The translations under genes and the position numbers were made by a program. A stretch of 64,000 bases of DNA from Pavona decussata (lineage: Eukaryota). The DNA lies in NCBI GenBank assembly GCA_977016875.1, contig CDRNST010000143.1, positions 186,001 through 250,000 on the forward strand, written 5' to 3'. The notes under the pieces were generated by a model, which worked only from the letters and a program-made list of their open reading frames with translations, was not told the origin of the DNA and made no database searches. Below are positions 12,381 through 25,600 of the stretch, piece after piece (position 1 is the first letter of the stretch; the number at the start of each line of letters is the position of its first letter).

Positions 12381-15300
12381 GGTCCTAAAAAATGGTGTCG
12401 TGAACGAGCTATATTTGTAAATATTATCATCAACGGACGGAATTATCGTCGAACCACCCATTAAAGCTGGTATGTTTTTCTTGCAATACCTAATTTCAGT
12501 GTGTGCTTGTTAAATGAGTGATCACTGTGAAATCGCTGAACGTAGTAGCAGTGAGAAAGAAGGCGAGCTAGCTCAATTTTGCGATTGTAACGTGTCTGTT
12601 TTCATCCTGTAAATTATCATGGGCGTTCAAATTTGATTTTAATCTAATTTTTGTTAAAAAGTGTTTGGTGGTAATTTTCAAAACAGCGTTTGCAACATCT
12701 GGAACTTTCGGTAAAAAGGGGGCGTCCCCATTAAAGTGAATGTTGTTTAAGCTTAAAAACTGATTTTGAAAAGTAAAGTTTCCCTAAAATAAAACCAGTC
12801 TACTGTTATTCATTATCTGCGTGTTCATTCAAATTTACTTTAGTTCCTGCCATGCAGTTGGGCCTTTCACAGCATTATCATGTGTTTACAATTGAGATTA
12901 TTTTTGTTCAAAAGCTAGTTGCCGCATATGTTTAACTTATTTTACCCTTGATTGTCATGCGAAAAGTCTCAAGAAAATGCTTTTATGGGTTTGTGCTTCA
13001 GTGCTCAATTCATGTCCATCTTTGGTTGAGGGCTTGTTGATGTGAACATTTTAATTTGGTACCTTCGTATTGTTCGCTTTGCGTACTAATTCGCCGGTGT
13101 TGGACGCAAATTTAGCTAGTTCATTGTGTTATATCGTCTAAAAAGAAATGTTAAAATCGATGTAATTTTTATTCTGTGATAAATGATTTTCTCTTTGTAT
13201 GTCGCTTTTCAAGCAAAGCTTTTGGCGGTTATGTTTTCATCTTCGACAGCCTTGTTATTTTCTTCCACAGAAAATCTGCGAATTTTGTCCGTCCGTGGAG
13301 TGCGGCCGTCAGTAGATATTTCAGTGGTTGAAAACTATAGCCGAGAATCAAACATGACTAAATATCCATTTTCTCAACAATGCTTTCATCTGTGAATAAA
13401 ATTGTATTATATGTGTTGCGCAGTATTTTCATGCCAGCTGCTGTTTATTTTTCAATGGTGTGGAAAATAAATCATGGCCAGGATATTTTCTTAGATTATA
13501 GACTTTCGGAGTGAAAAAGTGGGATAAACCTCCGCCTAACCACGTCTCCTGTGAACTGTCCTTTCTACTTCAACTGAATAACAGCAGCTTTCACGCTTTT
13601 ATTGTTCAGTGATTATTGACTTGGGATAAGTCGCAACAAAGGAAAAACTATCGTCTTTATTTACTCTGTCCGGAGCGGTTTCCCTGTGCTATTCTTTATT
13701 TTGAGCCCCCAATTAGCACCGATGTGAGAACTAAAATAGATCGAGTTGTAATTACTCTGAAATCCAAAGATTCTATTTGGCCGCATCATGTTATCTGCAA
13801 ATGAGGAACACCTTATCGGGAAGTGAAGTATGTGTTTATTGTTGTAATGTAAACGATTTTAGAAAAGGCATGTTCGGAGAGAGAGCTTTTTTGCCAAGAG
13901 AAGAAGAAGCCTGCTTTCCGCTTTGAGTGTTTTGAATGAGTAATGTAAATTTTGTTTAAAATAGAAAGATGAGTTAGCCTTGCTAATGTATTAGCGCTGC
14001 TTGTCTAAGACTTGATTCTTATTCATAAACGAGTTTGAACAGGATTCAAAGAGAGGAAATGCACTGCGCACATAAAGTAGGTTTTACATGTTATTTTTAT
14101 ATGTTCGTTTCTCATTGTCGTTTCCGTGAACTGAGATTCGAAAATTTTCTATCAATTTGTTGCTCATGCCATGTTTTCGCACTTTAGTTTGGTAAAATTG
14201 TTTTTTTTTATTTTCTCAGACACTATTTCTTTAGTTCGAAATTAATTTCTATTATGCTACATGGCCAGTTTCAAATTTAGTAATCGCCAAGATGTTCAAA
14301 ATCTACATTATTTTTGTTTTGACAGATGCAATTTCAATCTGAATTAAAGTGATGAAAAGGACACAATATGGAATATCTTGTTATCAGATAAGACGTTTAT
14401 CCCTCTTTATAGTTGACATAATTTTCTGACTGAGATCTTCTGGGGGTTAATTATTACTTTAAGATAATTTGTTGCTACTGGGTATTTTGTGAAGAATGCC
14501 TCGTTGGCTGTGTTACATATCACCGACTTGACTCATCGATTTGTTTTTTTTTGCCGACGCTTCTTACAAGGCAAATGACATTAAGGCGATTCAGAGATGT
14601 CATATTAGTGATTTCTGTACATGTATATGCACAATATCATTGACTTGATCTCTTTTATGAAATAGATAGGATTTGTTCGTTGGTTCTTATCTTTAAAATA
14701 TTGGTACAGAAAACGGTTATTCTCTTCATAAGGTCTAAGCAATGAAACAAATACGGAGGCAATGCAGTATGCGTAATTCTACCATGTTGTACACAAGTTA
14801 GTGTTGGTTTTACCCTACTAAATTATTTCTACAGAAAGAGACTATATCATGGTTAACAATCACTGAGATATTAGTTTCAGATTTTCAACAGAATCAATTT
14901 TGTATTAAGTAAGGACATTTTAATGCAATATCGCTTTGCCTGGTCTGAAACCGTCGCTGTTAAAATTCGTATTTCTTTTGAATTCGCTTCATTACTTATT
15001 ACTCATTATTTTAAAATTTTATATTAACGATACTGTGTTTCTGGTTTAAATTTATTTACCGTCAACTCCTGTTAGGAAATAATTCAAAGTTTAAAAATAT
15101 GCAAATTTGTCGACTTGACGCTACTTTTTTCATTGTTTATCTTATTTCTTAAACGATCTTATAACCATACTAAACTCATTCTGGTTTTAAAATTATTTTT
15201 AAAATTAAATAAGCAAACGGAATAAATTTGTTGTATTCAAAGTGCTACGTAGAGTGTTGAACCTTGATAAAATAATCTCCGAAGCCATCGATAATTGCTG

Positions 15301-15529
15301 GTTCTCGCAAATTTGAGCGCATTTAGTTGTCAAATAAACACTTAAGCCTGGGGAAGTTCTTTCTTAGGACCGGCCATTGAATTATGTGAATATTGTGATT
15401 TAAATGTTGTTACTGATCTCGCAATTTCGCACCGCTTCACTGTATGTCCTCGATGTCTCGTTTCATTTGTGTTTTACATTGCTACTGAAGAAAGTAAGAT
15501 AAGAACCCCACTGTAAATGCGCGGAAAAA

Positions 15530-17600
15530 TTGATCGACCTTTGTCGGTCATGTGATTGTTTATAAAGATTGTTTCTCTGTGTCGCCGTTGTTAGCTGATT
15601 CTTCTAAATTTTGGTCTGAAGTAGCTGCTCTTCCATAGCTTAAACGAGTTTGTTTATCGAGGATTTGGGTCCTGAAACAGTCACAAACTAAATCTCACTG
15701 TGAGTGTTAACCGAATTGTTTCAAGGGTTTCACTTCTACTTTTGCACTCTTCATTCTCAGTACTCTATTGCGTCGTCGATGACGGTCCTTGTTATTTCCG
15801 CGATCAACCTAAATGGGAAAGATCAAAAACCTAAATGATCTGATTCATTTCTTGGTTACAGACTTGCCTGACTGTAAATTCGTTCGAGCATATTTTTGTC
15901 TCCTGCAGTGTTATGCAGCTGCATTGATCGGCGCAAGAAATTTCAGAGTTCTTTATATTAGCTTATGTTTCTTTTAATGCGTTAATTCGGTATATATACA
16001 GTTTAAACGTTGCTATATAATTTCCGAGATCTTTTATTTTTTCGTAAAGGTTCGTTCGTGATAACGTATCTGATAAACAACATTTACTCATTCGTACTTA
16101 TCATCATGACTAGAGAAATTGAAAACGTTTACTTTATATACTGTATATTTCAATGGGAGAGAAGGAAGCACTATTTGTTTCTGACGTTAAATACAGTAAA
16201 TCTGACAAAAATAAGTAATATTGTACAGAAAAACGGAGGCATCGTTTTGGGGCTCAGCATTTTTGTTTAAAAAGGAATCGTTGCTGAAATAATTTGTCGG
16301 GAATGTTTGATAATATTGGCCTTGATTTGAAAATGCCGCATTGTTAAAGAATTGCCACAGTTGTACAGAATGAACATTGTATCATGACTGATAACATAAT
16401 TCTATTGAAGTGAATTTCTCAAAAATTTATGTCGCTGGTTTTTAATCCGAGGACGTTTAAAATATTGGTACACCATAAATGAAACCAACGCTGTTCAAAT
16501 GTAATTTGGGTTCCAGGGTTTGATCTGTTTCTAATCATAAAACGTATACATAACTCAATCACTCGACCTAATTTTTAAGGCAAAATTTCCTATCGCGTGG
16601 AATATTTTTGGATTGTTTTTTTAAACGTTCTGACACGGACGCTTTTCTCAATTTTTGAAAAGTCTCAAGAGGTTGAGAATGTTGAGCCATTGGGTAGTGT
16701 TTTATCTTTGGGTGTTTTCTGCATATCCCTTTTTCATCATTCGATGATTCTTGCCGTGGAGACTGCTTCAAAAACAAGTATCTTCGCTTCCAAACTTGAA
16801 CACGTTTTTTCAGTTTGCGCTTTATAGCCTTCAACAACTCAAAAATTATAAAGTTTGTTGGTATTATAAAAAAAGTGTCATAATTTCTTTCAGGTGTAGA
16901 TTTTGTGATGGTGCTAAACCTGTTGTCGCCAAATCGTAAAGTAAATATTTTTTGATCGTTCATTTAATTGTTTATGGCCGATTTCCAGTCGGATAACGTG
17001 CCGTTTGACGGTTCGGTTATTTCTTAGCAGCACTCATCTCTGCTACTTATGCGTACCACTCCTTAGCTGAGTTTGTTTCTCCAGGGTTTGTTTGCTGAGC
17101 ATTAAACTAAATTTGATTGCGAGTGTTAACCAAATAGCTTCAAGGGCAGTGCTTTCACTCTTCAAGTTAAGAATTCTCAGAACTGTATTGCGGAATTAAG
17201 AGTGTCCTTGTTATTTCTTCAATAACTTGAATGTTCCTAAACATGCACAGTAATTCCCTGCGTTTGCAACATCACTTTTTTATCTTTCGCTTTAAAGTAA
17301 CTAAAGGTAATTCGCTGTTACATGCTTTAAGCTCAAATTAATGAAACGAGACCTTCCGAAGGTCCCGAAATGTTCAATCCAGAAAGATGATTCCTAGTTC
17401 AGTTGTTGTTTACAGGGCAGGTGTTGCTAACGATTAGAAATCAACCTTGTTTACCCGAAATAGCGAATTTAAAAGCAAACGTTCTTTTCTGCCGAATGCT
17501 TTTTCAACAGTAATATTATTTTGCAACGCCATGTGGTCAGGTTGTTTAAAAAGCTTTTTCTGCAGGAACAAAATCGTTGCAAACATTACTTAAATTGAAA
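15530..17600 (+). repeat. Old diverged direct duplication with about 1.42-kb offset
   Basis: Collinear exact seeds: GAGTTTGTTT 15646/17069, GAGTGTTAACC 15702/17121, GTCCTTGTTATTTC 15785/17204, TTGTTTAAAAAG 16263/17542. Confidence 0.7.
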
Positions 17601-18905
17601 AAAAAAAACTGAATTTTTTTTACTGTAATGAAAACGTTAGAAACGGTGCATGCTACTGTTGAAAAAATTAACTTATATTATAATTTAATTTTCTGAAATT
17701 TGTTGAACACGCTTATTTTCTGTTCCTGTTTTTTATTTGCCATTTTTTTTTTATTTTCGATTAAAACCCTCCTGCAGGAATTTCAACCTCTGAAACATCT
17801 TACTGATTTTGTACTTTAAATTGACAATGGTATGAGCGGAATCTTGAAGAAATACTCGTGAGTGTTCGAATGCTTTTATTCTCAACGGTCAGTTTAATGA
17901 AAAATGTTATATTATTATAGAACTCGAAAGCTGTTTTTTATTGGGAAAAAATTGGTTTTTAATTTGTCTCCAGAAATGAATTTCGTACCGATGTTATTCT
18001 GAGAGCTCCTTTTGGTATTGGATTATCATTTTATGTTAGTAGAGAAACTACACAAGAATATTCTTCATTCATCCTTTTAAACGAAGAAGGTGTATTCATG
18101 GCCAATATAACGTTTGTAAAAAAGTAACCCGGTAGTAAGATGAACAATCGAATGAACACACATGATAATAAGACTCGGCTAGTCTTGCTGAATATGACAG
18201 GTAATTGATAATCCTGTTGCGATAATCAGTTGCTCCGCAGTTTGTACGGTATCAAAGACATAAATTAACCGTTGTTTTAACATTGAGCAACTGCCGGTGA
18301 TGTACGGGGCACGAAAAAATTGAAGAGATACCGCTTGTTCCATTTTGGTGTTTTGCCTCTTTTGCCATCCAAAGCAAAATCTTGAAATCGAAATGATTTG
18401 ATATCCTAGACGACAAATAATTAGCAAGGTCCCCAGTGGGGAAAAAGAACAATTGTTATTGTTTCCTAAATAAGAAATCGAAACGATCTATATGATGTAA
18501 AAAGATCTCAGCGACTTAAGAGAACGTTCTTGCTAACTATACTTTATTTTCCGTCTTTCGTCGTACTCCACTTTTATAACTGCATGGAAGCTTTCTCGGA
18601 TAATAAAGTGCAATTCTTATCACATCCATCTGTGGAAAAGCAAAGATTTATTATTCTTTTTTCTTAACGTTTGAGACCAATATAAATAATTTCACTTTTA
18701 TTTCTTTCAGTATCTGAATTCTGTTGAAAGTAAGCTCGCATTTGTTTTGGGTTGCCTAGGTGTATTATTAAACGTTTGCTTTCTGTTTCAAAAGAAATTT
18801 TAATTTCTTCTCGTGTATACCACTTATCACTTCCCATCACGAGGGCGCCTATGATGAAAATTCACAAAAAGAGTTACAAACTACTAACAATATACTCTAC
18901 CATAG

Positions 18906-18989
18906 GAAAGTACTGCTCGAGAGCTCAGCTCTCGAGCAGTACTTTCGCTATGACCATTCAAATGAAATTCAAATTTGAATGGTCACAGC
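18906..18989. repeat. Two abutting inverted repeats inside a copy of the ~100-bp repeat
   Basis: Perfect 20-1-20 palindrome 18906-18946 and 13-bp perfect arms 18951-18963/18973-18985. Confidence 0.9.
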
Positions 18990-21099
18990 GCAGGATTTCG
19001 TCCACGGACCCCCAAAATTCGACCCACTCAACAACAGACGAGACTTGGCTGCTGTGTGAAATTAAGCGAAATGGCCTGTTGTTTTCGTCGCTTATTTAGT
19101 TCCAATATTTTGAACCTGTGAATGTCTTCGACATAGGACGTTTTTTATCAATCGCTGCCATAATGTCTACTAAATTTCAAAGCGATCTAAATTGATAAGC
19201 GTGTTACATTTTTTCCAAGTAAATCATTTTTTAAGTTTAAAGAATAGCAAGTAAACCGTTGATACGAGATTCACCCAACCTCATTTCTATTTAAGTAGCC
19301 GCAGCGTGTTAACGTATAGGCACTGTGCAATCAGAGTTTGTTCAACATATATCTTTTGTCTACTTTGTATATTTTCGTGCTAGGTTATTACAATGTTTGG
19401 GAGACACGTTTTGGGAGGCTGAAACACTTTCCTGCCTTGTCAAACGTAAGTGAGGATAGAACGCAAGAAATGAGAGTAACGTTTCTGTTATTGTTCTTCC
19501 CCTTGTTTTCCGAAAGTGTGCGTTCACAAGAGCTTGAAAATAATAAATTTTTCAGAAAATGAGAAAATTTTGACTCTTATTTATAAATTTAAACGATAAA
19601 GTGTAATTTTCCGAATTGTTTTTACTTCATTGCTTTGTTTATGATAAAGAAATAATTCACGTACGGAAATTCATGTGAGACGTTCTAGACCAAAGGTGAA
19701 TGATTCAAAGTGAACAAATTTCAAATAGCCCGAAAACTGACTCCACTTCTTGTTTGGTGGTTTCAGCTTAACCCAAAGGATGAAAACTACTGAGCTGTAC
19801 CTTGCTGCGATAACTTGTGAAATGAAATTTATAATTATTTTTACTTGTTTCTTATTTCGAAGTTGTTGAGCGTAAAAGAATCAAGTTATATTGACCACCT
19901 CTCCCCGGACTTCTCTGGATTGACTTCTCTTTAATATGCTTTTGAACTTTTTACTTTTTCGATTCACTTTTCATTTATTAATGGAGTTTTAGCTACACCT
20001 AAACGAAATTTTTTGCCCCTTTCCAATGGTTAAATTGCTAAGTGGTCGATCAGCTAAAGCCTTGAGTGAGATCCTTCTGTAACGATAGTAATGGAGTTAA
20101 CCTATATGCCTTCCGTAGCACCCAAGTTAAAACTTGCAGTGAAAAGTCGAGAATAACTTTTTATTTTATTTTGCAAATATTTAAAATAAACAAACAAACA
20201 AACAGCCATTGCACGAATGAAATAATGCTGCCCAGCAATCATGATTAATGGTCCCCATAATCACATCTATAGCAATGTCGTCAAAAACTATAGTCAAAAA
20301 CGTCAAAATCATAATACACCTTTCAGTTTTTGCTTCCAAATCTTTTATTCACAAAGGTGATCTTCGCTGGTTTCCTAATTTTTTAGGAAAGGCTTAATTC
20401 TGAGAAACTTACTCCTAGCAAGCGGCTTATCATGACCAATGAGGTTTTTTGCTTTAAAAATGAAGGTATATTTATTTGCATTTTATGAAATAGACAACAT
20501 ACAACGTGCTTCATGACTGGGTGTAAATAATTACCATTAAGGTATAGTAGCGCTTGGGAAAGTTCAGTCTGTTTAGCTAGCGGGATTTTTCGCGTGTTGG
20601 AGAGGTTTTGGCCGCAGGGGAGGAAGGAAGTTAAATTGTGGGTGCTAAAACTTCGTCCTCCAGACTTTAACACAGGCAAGAGAGCACGCTTAATAAACAG
20701 CTGTTGAAACAGTTGCATTCGCGTCGGGTGGCCGCGGCTTTTTTTCCCTTTTTTTTTATTTCTATTTTACTCCATTCTAAGATGAAGAAGTTTGTTTTAC
20801 TGTTGCTCTGTAAATGTTTTTCCCCTGGGTTTCGCTGATTGGTGAACGCGGCCGTAGCGACGCCATGTTTTGTGAAGAACTCACGTCAAGCGAATTCAAT
20901 TTATGTCAAAAATTTTCATGTCAAGGGTTTGTGGGTGGTAATGGACCTCTTAGCCATCTCACGATGAGACTGTCATCGCCTTTAAAACATTCGTTTTCCA
21001 TGTGTTTTACCCTCTTGTCTTAAATGACGCAATTGCAGCCGCGAGATCAAGTTCAAATTGACCAGCTAAATGGCGGCACCCTCCAAAACCATGTTAATG

Positions 21100-21154
21100 G
21101 ACAGATCCTCACTTGACATCAAAGTTGGACTTTGATGTCAAGTGAGGATCTGTC
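21100..21154. repeat. Perfect inverted repeat, 26-bp arms, 3-nt loop
   Basis: GACAGATCCTCACTTGACATCAAAGT-TGG-ACTTTGATGTCAAGTGAGGATCTGTC. Confidence 0.95.
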
Positions 21155-22427
21155 ACATCAAAGCGGAGTCTACATTCGAGTTGCGAACGATTAAATGGAA
21201 TTTTGAGCACTTTTAAAGTGCACTGCAGTGTATGATTTGTTTGTAGAGTCGAAAAGGGGCTCTTCCTCGCTAAAATCACGAGTAAATGTAAATAATCTTC
21301 TTAATTAAGTAAGTGCGAAGTATTCTACAATCTGTCCTAAAAAAAAATTGCTGATCTCTACGTTTGAGTATCCGGCTATTAAGTTCCACTGTACTTCCAC
21401 TGTAGTCTCTGCAATCACAATTTCGTTGTGCATGCTTGTTCTTGGTTTTGCAATGCTCAGTCACCGAAATGGCGGCTGGGGTTGTGTGGAAGTTCTTGGT
21501 ATTTTTCGCCGCCAGAGAGACTTTTGCAATTCACAAATTTACTGATCTAAATCAGCGCAGTTGGCGATAACAGACAGTGCGTGCACGCACGGTCTTGCCA
21601 GTTGCATGAAAACTTTCCCCCAGGCAAATTTAAAACGGAGGTCCATGTGATGATGTACTGTGCTATACTTGGGGCAGTAATTTTAGTGGGTATCAGAAAT
21701 ACGGTTATTTTTTTATTTGTTTTCATGAAGGAAACACTGTTGGCGGGGTAGCGATAGCATAAAGTTCAACTTTCTTCACTGTTCAAAATCGTTTTAAAGT
21801 GGTACGACAATCACATTTTGCGATTTAAGTTGATGTATGTTTCTTTTTGTTTTCGTTTAGCCCGATGTCTTAGTTTCTAGATTGTGATTTTTAGCTGTTA
21901 TAGTAGACAGTATACGTTGTTCAGCAGGATCACCAGCAACAAGTTCAGTGCTCTATTTTGCTATTTTAAGAACTAGGTGTTTTCATTTATTAGTGGAGAC
22001 ATTTTCACTGTTTACATTGAGGGATCGATTACTGCCACTGTTTATCGGACCAGAGGTTAATGTGAGCTTTTTCTTGTATCCGCTTCCTTTGCTTTGGGAA
22101 GGTTTCAATGCGTGTACAGGATGTGCATGACCCTTATCAAGACAAAACAAAAACATAGCTAACTCTGCTGAGGGCACCTTGTGTCAGTTTTCGTAAAAAT
22201 ACCAAAAATATTGACCATACCACCAGCATTATCCTCGTTGTGTTATCTCTCATCTTTTTCTTGTTTCCGTTTTGGTCTAGGGCAAAGCAATCCTGCCGAG
22301 AACCGAATCTTAACAGCCAGAACGCGTATATAATAAGGAAACAAAACTGTCGTTATATTGGTTCTGTTACCTGAAACAAAATACTCAGTAGGCGAGAACG
22401 CGCTAAAACTCCGTTTCTCAAAGTGGC

Positions 22428-22680
22428 CAGTCCTGTGGATGAAATTATAGAAAATGAAAGCTACTAAGCACAGATCACTTTCCTGTACTGCTGTTTATTA
22501 TGCAGTACAAGGTGGTCCTAACTTTCGAGTCGGTGGATAAAATCGTAAGTGTGAAGACCTTCCAAATGTAAGCTACCTCACAGTATGTTCACGTAATGCT
22601 GTTTGTCACCGAGTATGTTGAAAAACTCCTAAACCCCTTCGCGTGAAAGCTATTGATTAGTATTTTTCTGTGCTGTTTTG
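22428..22680 (-). repeat. Reverse-orientation copy (2-3 units) of the ~100-bp-unit repeat
   Basis: CTGTGGATGAAAT…AATGAAAGCTACT…ACTTTCCTGTACTGCTGTTTATTATGCAGTACAAGGTGGT is the reverse complement of the 12195 motif chain. Confidence 0.75.
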
Positions 22681-25600
22681 TTTTTCAGTATTTTGCAGAA
22701 TCGATTATTATTCTTTTAAGAATACAATATCGAGAATGAGACTGTTAAACGTGTTCTTTTTCGAAAATTGGTAACTGAATTATTTTCTTATTTGATATAA
22801 GCCGAGTTTAAATCGTACTTTTGATTACCAACGACATTAATAAACATCGTTTCCTTTTCTTATAATAAGAAAGAGTTTAATGCGATTTACGTTTCATGTA
22901 CTTTAGGTTTTAGGTAAATTGACAGCATCTCCCATTAGATAAAACGTCTATGGAAAGGACAAGTCTTTCTATGGTCTGCAAAGTGGTTACAGAATAATTT
23001 ACTTATTTCCATTTATCAGTATAATTTTAGCGTACAGAGAAAGAGAAGAATATTAAAACATATTTTAGAGCAACAAAACGATTTCTCTCCATTGTTCAAT
23101 TATAAATGTACGGTATATATATTTCTTATTTATAATTGAAACGGCTTCCTTATTACAACTGAATTTCAATAGGATATATGTGTTTTATTGTGGCGTTTTT
23201 AGCGCGGTGAGAACAGCAATTATCGATTTTCCGTGGATATGTTTTTTTGGGATACCGTCAGGTGTTGCTGATTCAGATTTGAAAACAAAAATTAGAATTT
23301 CTGACATCAAACATGGATATATGAATAACAGGTAATCTTGCACTGATGTGAATAGGCTATTTTTATTAGTTTCAATATTCGGATAATTGTCTCGTTTTCC
23401 TATTTTGGTTGCTGTTCCATTTATCGCATCGGGGTATGTCCCAAATCGTTTGAAACTAATTTCGATTAAAAAAAAAGTGCTAAGTTCATTTCTCCGATAT
23501 TTTGCATTTTTGTTATTACTTTTTGTGAAACGAAGAAGGAAAATATGAGCATTGTTTCCAGCCGTATTTTGTTGAAAATTTGTATGAAACAAAAGGCTAA
23601 ATCATGTCACGCTGAAAGGTGTCAACTTGATACACTATTTTTCGAGACATTTCCTAGTAAGATTTCGATCCATATCTTTTTGGGGTGATACGAGTTATAT
23701 TTGTTTTTAGAAAATAAAAATTATCGCACAGAGAGTGATACAGCTGTTTATTGGAGGTACCCGCCTGGTACCTTGTTGTGATAAGGCCACTTGTATAATC
23801 TTTCTTCCTTTTCATGGAAGGACTCTCTTTAGATAATCTCGGCGAATAGCCCGATTATTTTCGATTTTAGACCCAACACGAGGTCGGTTGATGTTGCTGT
23901 CTTGTGATCAGGCTATCCAATGCGCGAAAGTAGTAACGGCATTATAATATTTAACCCTTTGAAACGAAAAGAGTGGTTTTTTTTTATAAGGCAAGCCAAT
24001 AGAGTGAACAAGTTTGTCCATGTATCACGGATTTTGAACAGTTTGATTTTGCTAGATGCTCAGTTTTCGATCCGAAGATGAAGTTGTTGAGAATAGCTCC
24101 GAATTAAAAATTGCATAAACAATTTACCCTCAGAAGTAGTAACAGCGGTAAAACTACTTTGTGTATAAGCAGTAGGTGGGTGTTTGAGTGATTAGTTTGG
24201 CGTTTGTTTCTTCCAGTCTTTGACTTCGAAACGCCAAGTCGTTTTGAAAATTTGGCACGAAATATCTCGTATCGTTTTCTTTGAAATTGAAGTAGATTGT
24301 GTTCTGCCCACCCACAACCCTGAAATGCCTACCTAGTCGGTGTTAAAAATATCACAGACGTGTTATGAATAATTTTGAAGTTGTACATTAAGTTTATGAA
24401 CTGTCCATCGCCATCAAGGCGCCTTGTGCCCCAGAAGACTCATAAATATTTTTGTTTTCACCCTTACCCCCAAGATACCCTGAGGCTTATTCTACAAAGC
24501 TGTACGCACATTGAACAAAACGGCATTGTGACAATAATGAAAACGGAATAATTTGTTTTTCGTCAGTCGAAATTTCAAAACGGAAGGATGGAAGTTCGGG
24601 CGCATAGGCGCGAGGTCCAGCGCGATGCCCGCTTATTTATCCCTAGCAAAAGCAATCAGTGCTTCCTGACGACTGAATGCAGTAGTTTAAGGTGTAATAA
24701 ACAGAACCCGCCATTCTCGCACCTTTACACAATTAATGGTCCTCGTTAATGGCTTCTATTGAACGAGTAAATGCTCATTTTGGGTTGTTGTCTGTTCAGT
24801 TGTCCCATTTTAGAAAATGGGCTTTGTCTAGATGGCACTTAGTGCGATCTTTTGTTATTGTTTGGTTGTTGTGTGGACCGATGAGAGTCATTTAGCGAGT
24901 ACACAAATTGCATGGCTTGGCAAAGGCTGTCTTCTTGTTTTAATTCAGCTTTCCAATCAAACTTAATTACAATGCTGTATTTCGAATATTCGCCTTTTAA
25001 ACTCTGGGCAGTAATCGTCAATATATAATTTTCACTCAACTTTATGCTTCCCCGTAAAAGGCTGTCAAGGATGGCATTAAATCATTTTTTTTGGAACCAC
25101 GTGCCCTTCAATCTTCCGGAGAATTAGTGAGTTACAGTACAAAAGCATAATGTAATCATCTCCCGGCTTTTAAATTGTTTTGTTGTCAGAAAAAAATGTA
25201 GTACGATATTTTAATGGCATTGAACGAAGCACCGCAACCGGCTGTTACCCTTTCATTAGGACGGGAATGATCGTAATATTTTTTTTTTCTGCCATAAAGG
25301 TTTTATTAAACATGCACCACCAAATTAAATTATGGGTTTCTTTCATCTTCTTAAGTGGGTCACACGCTGAAGTCATTAAAATGAAGTATAACTTGAGTAG
25401 TTTGCGGCAAGAAAGAAATTCGTGCAACACGAATAAAGCTCTCCCGAAGGCACCGCCTTCCCTGATAACCCGAGATATTTTTTCAAGCTAAAATGTTTTT
25501 GTTTACTCAGAAATGTTTTCTTTGGTGTTTTCACTTCTTGACAGTACATTATCTCGGGATAGCAGAAACCGGAGAAGGCATTTTATTTTTGTGGTTTTAG

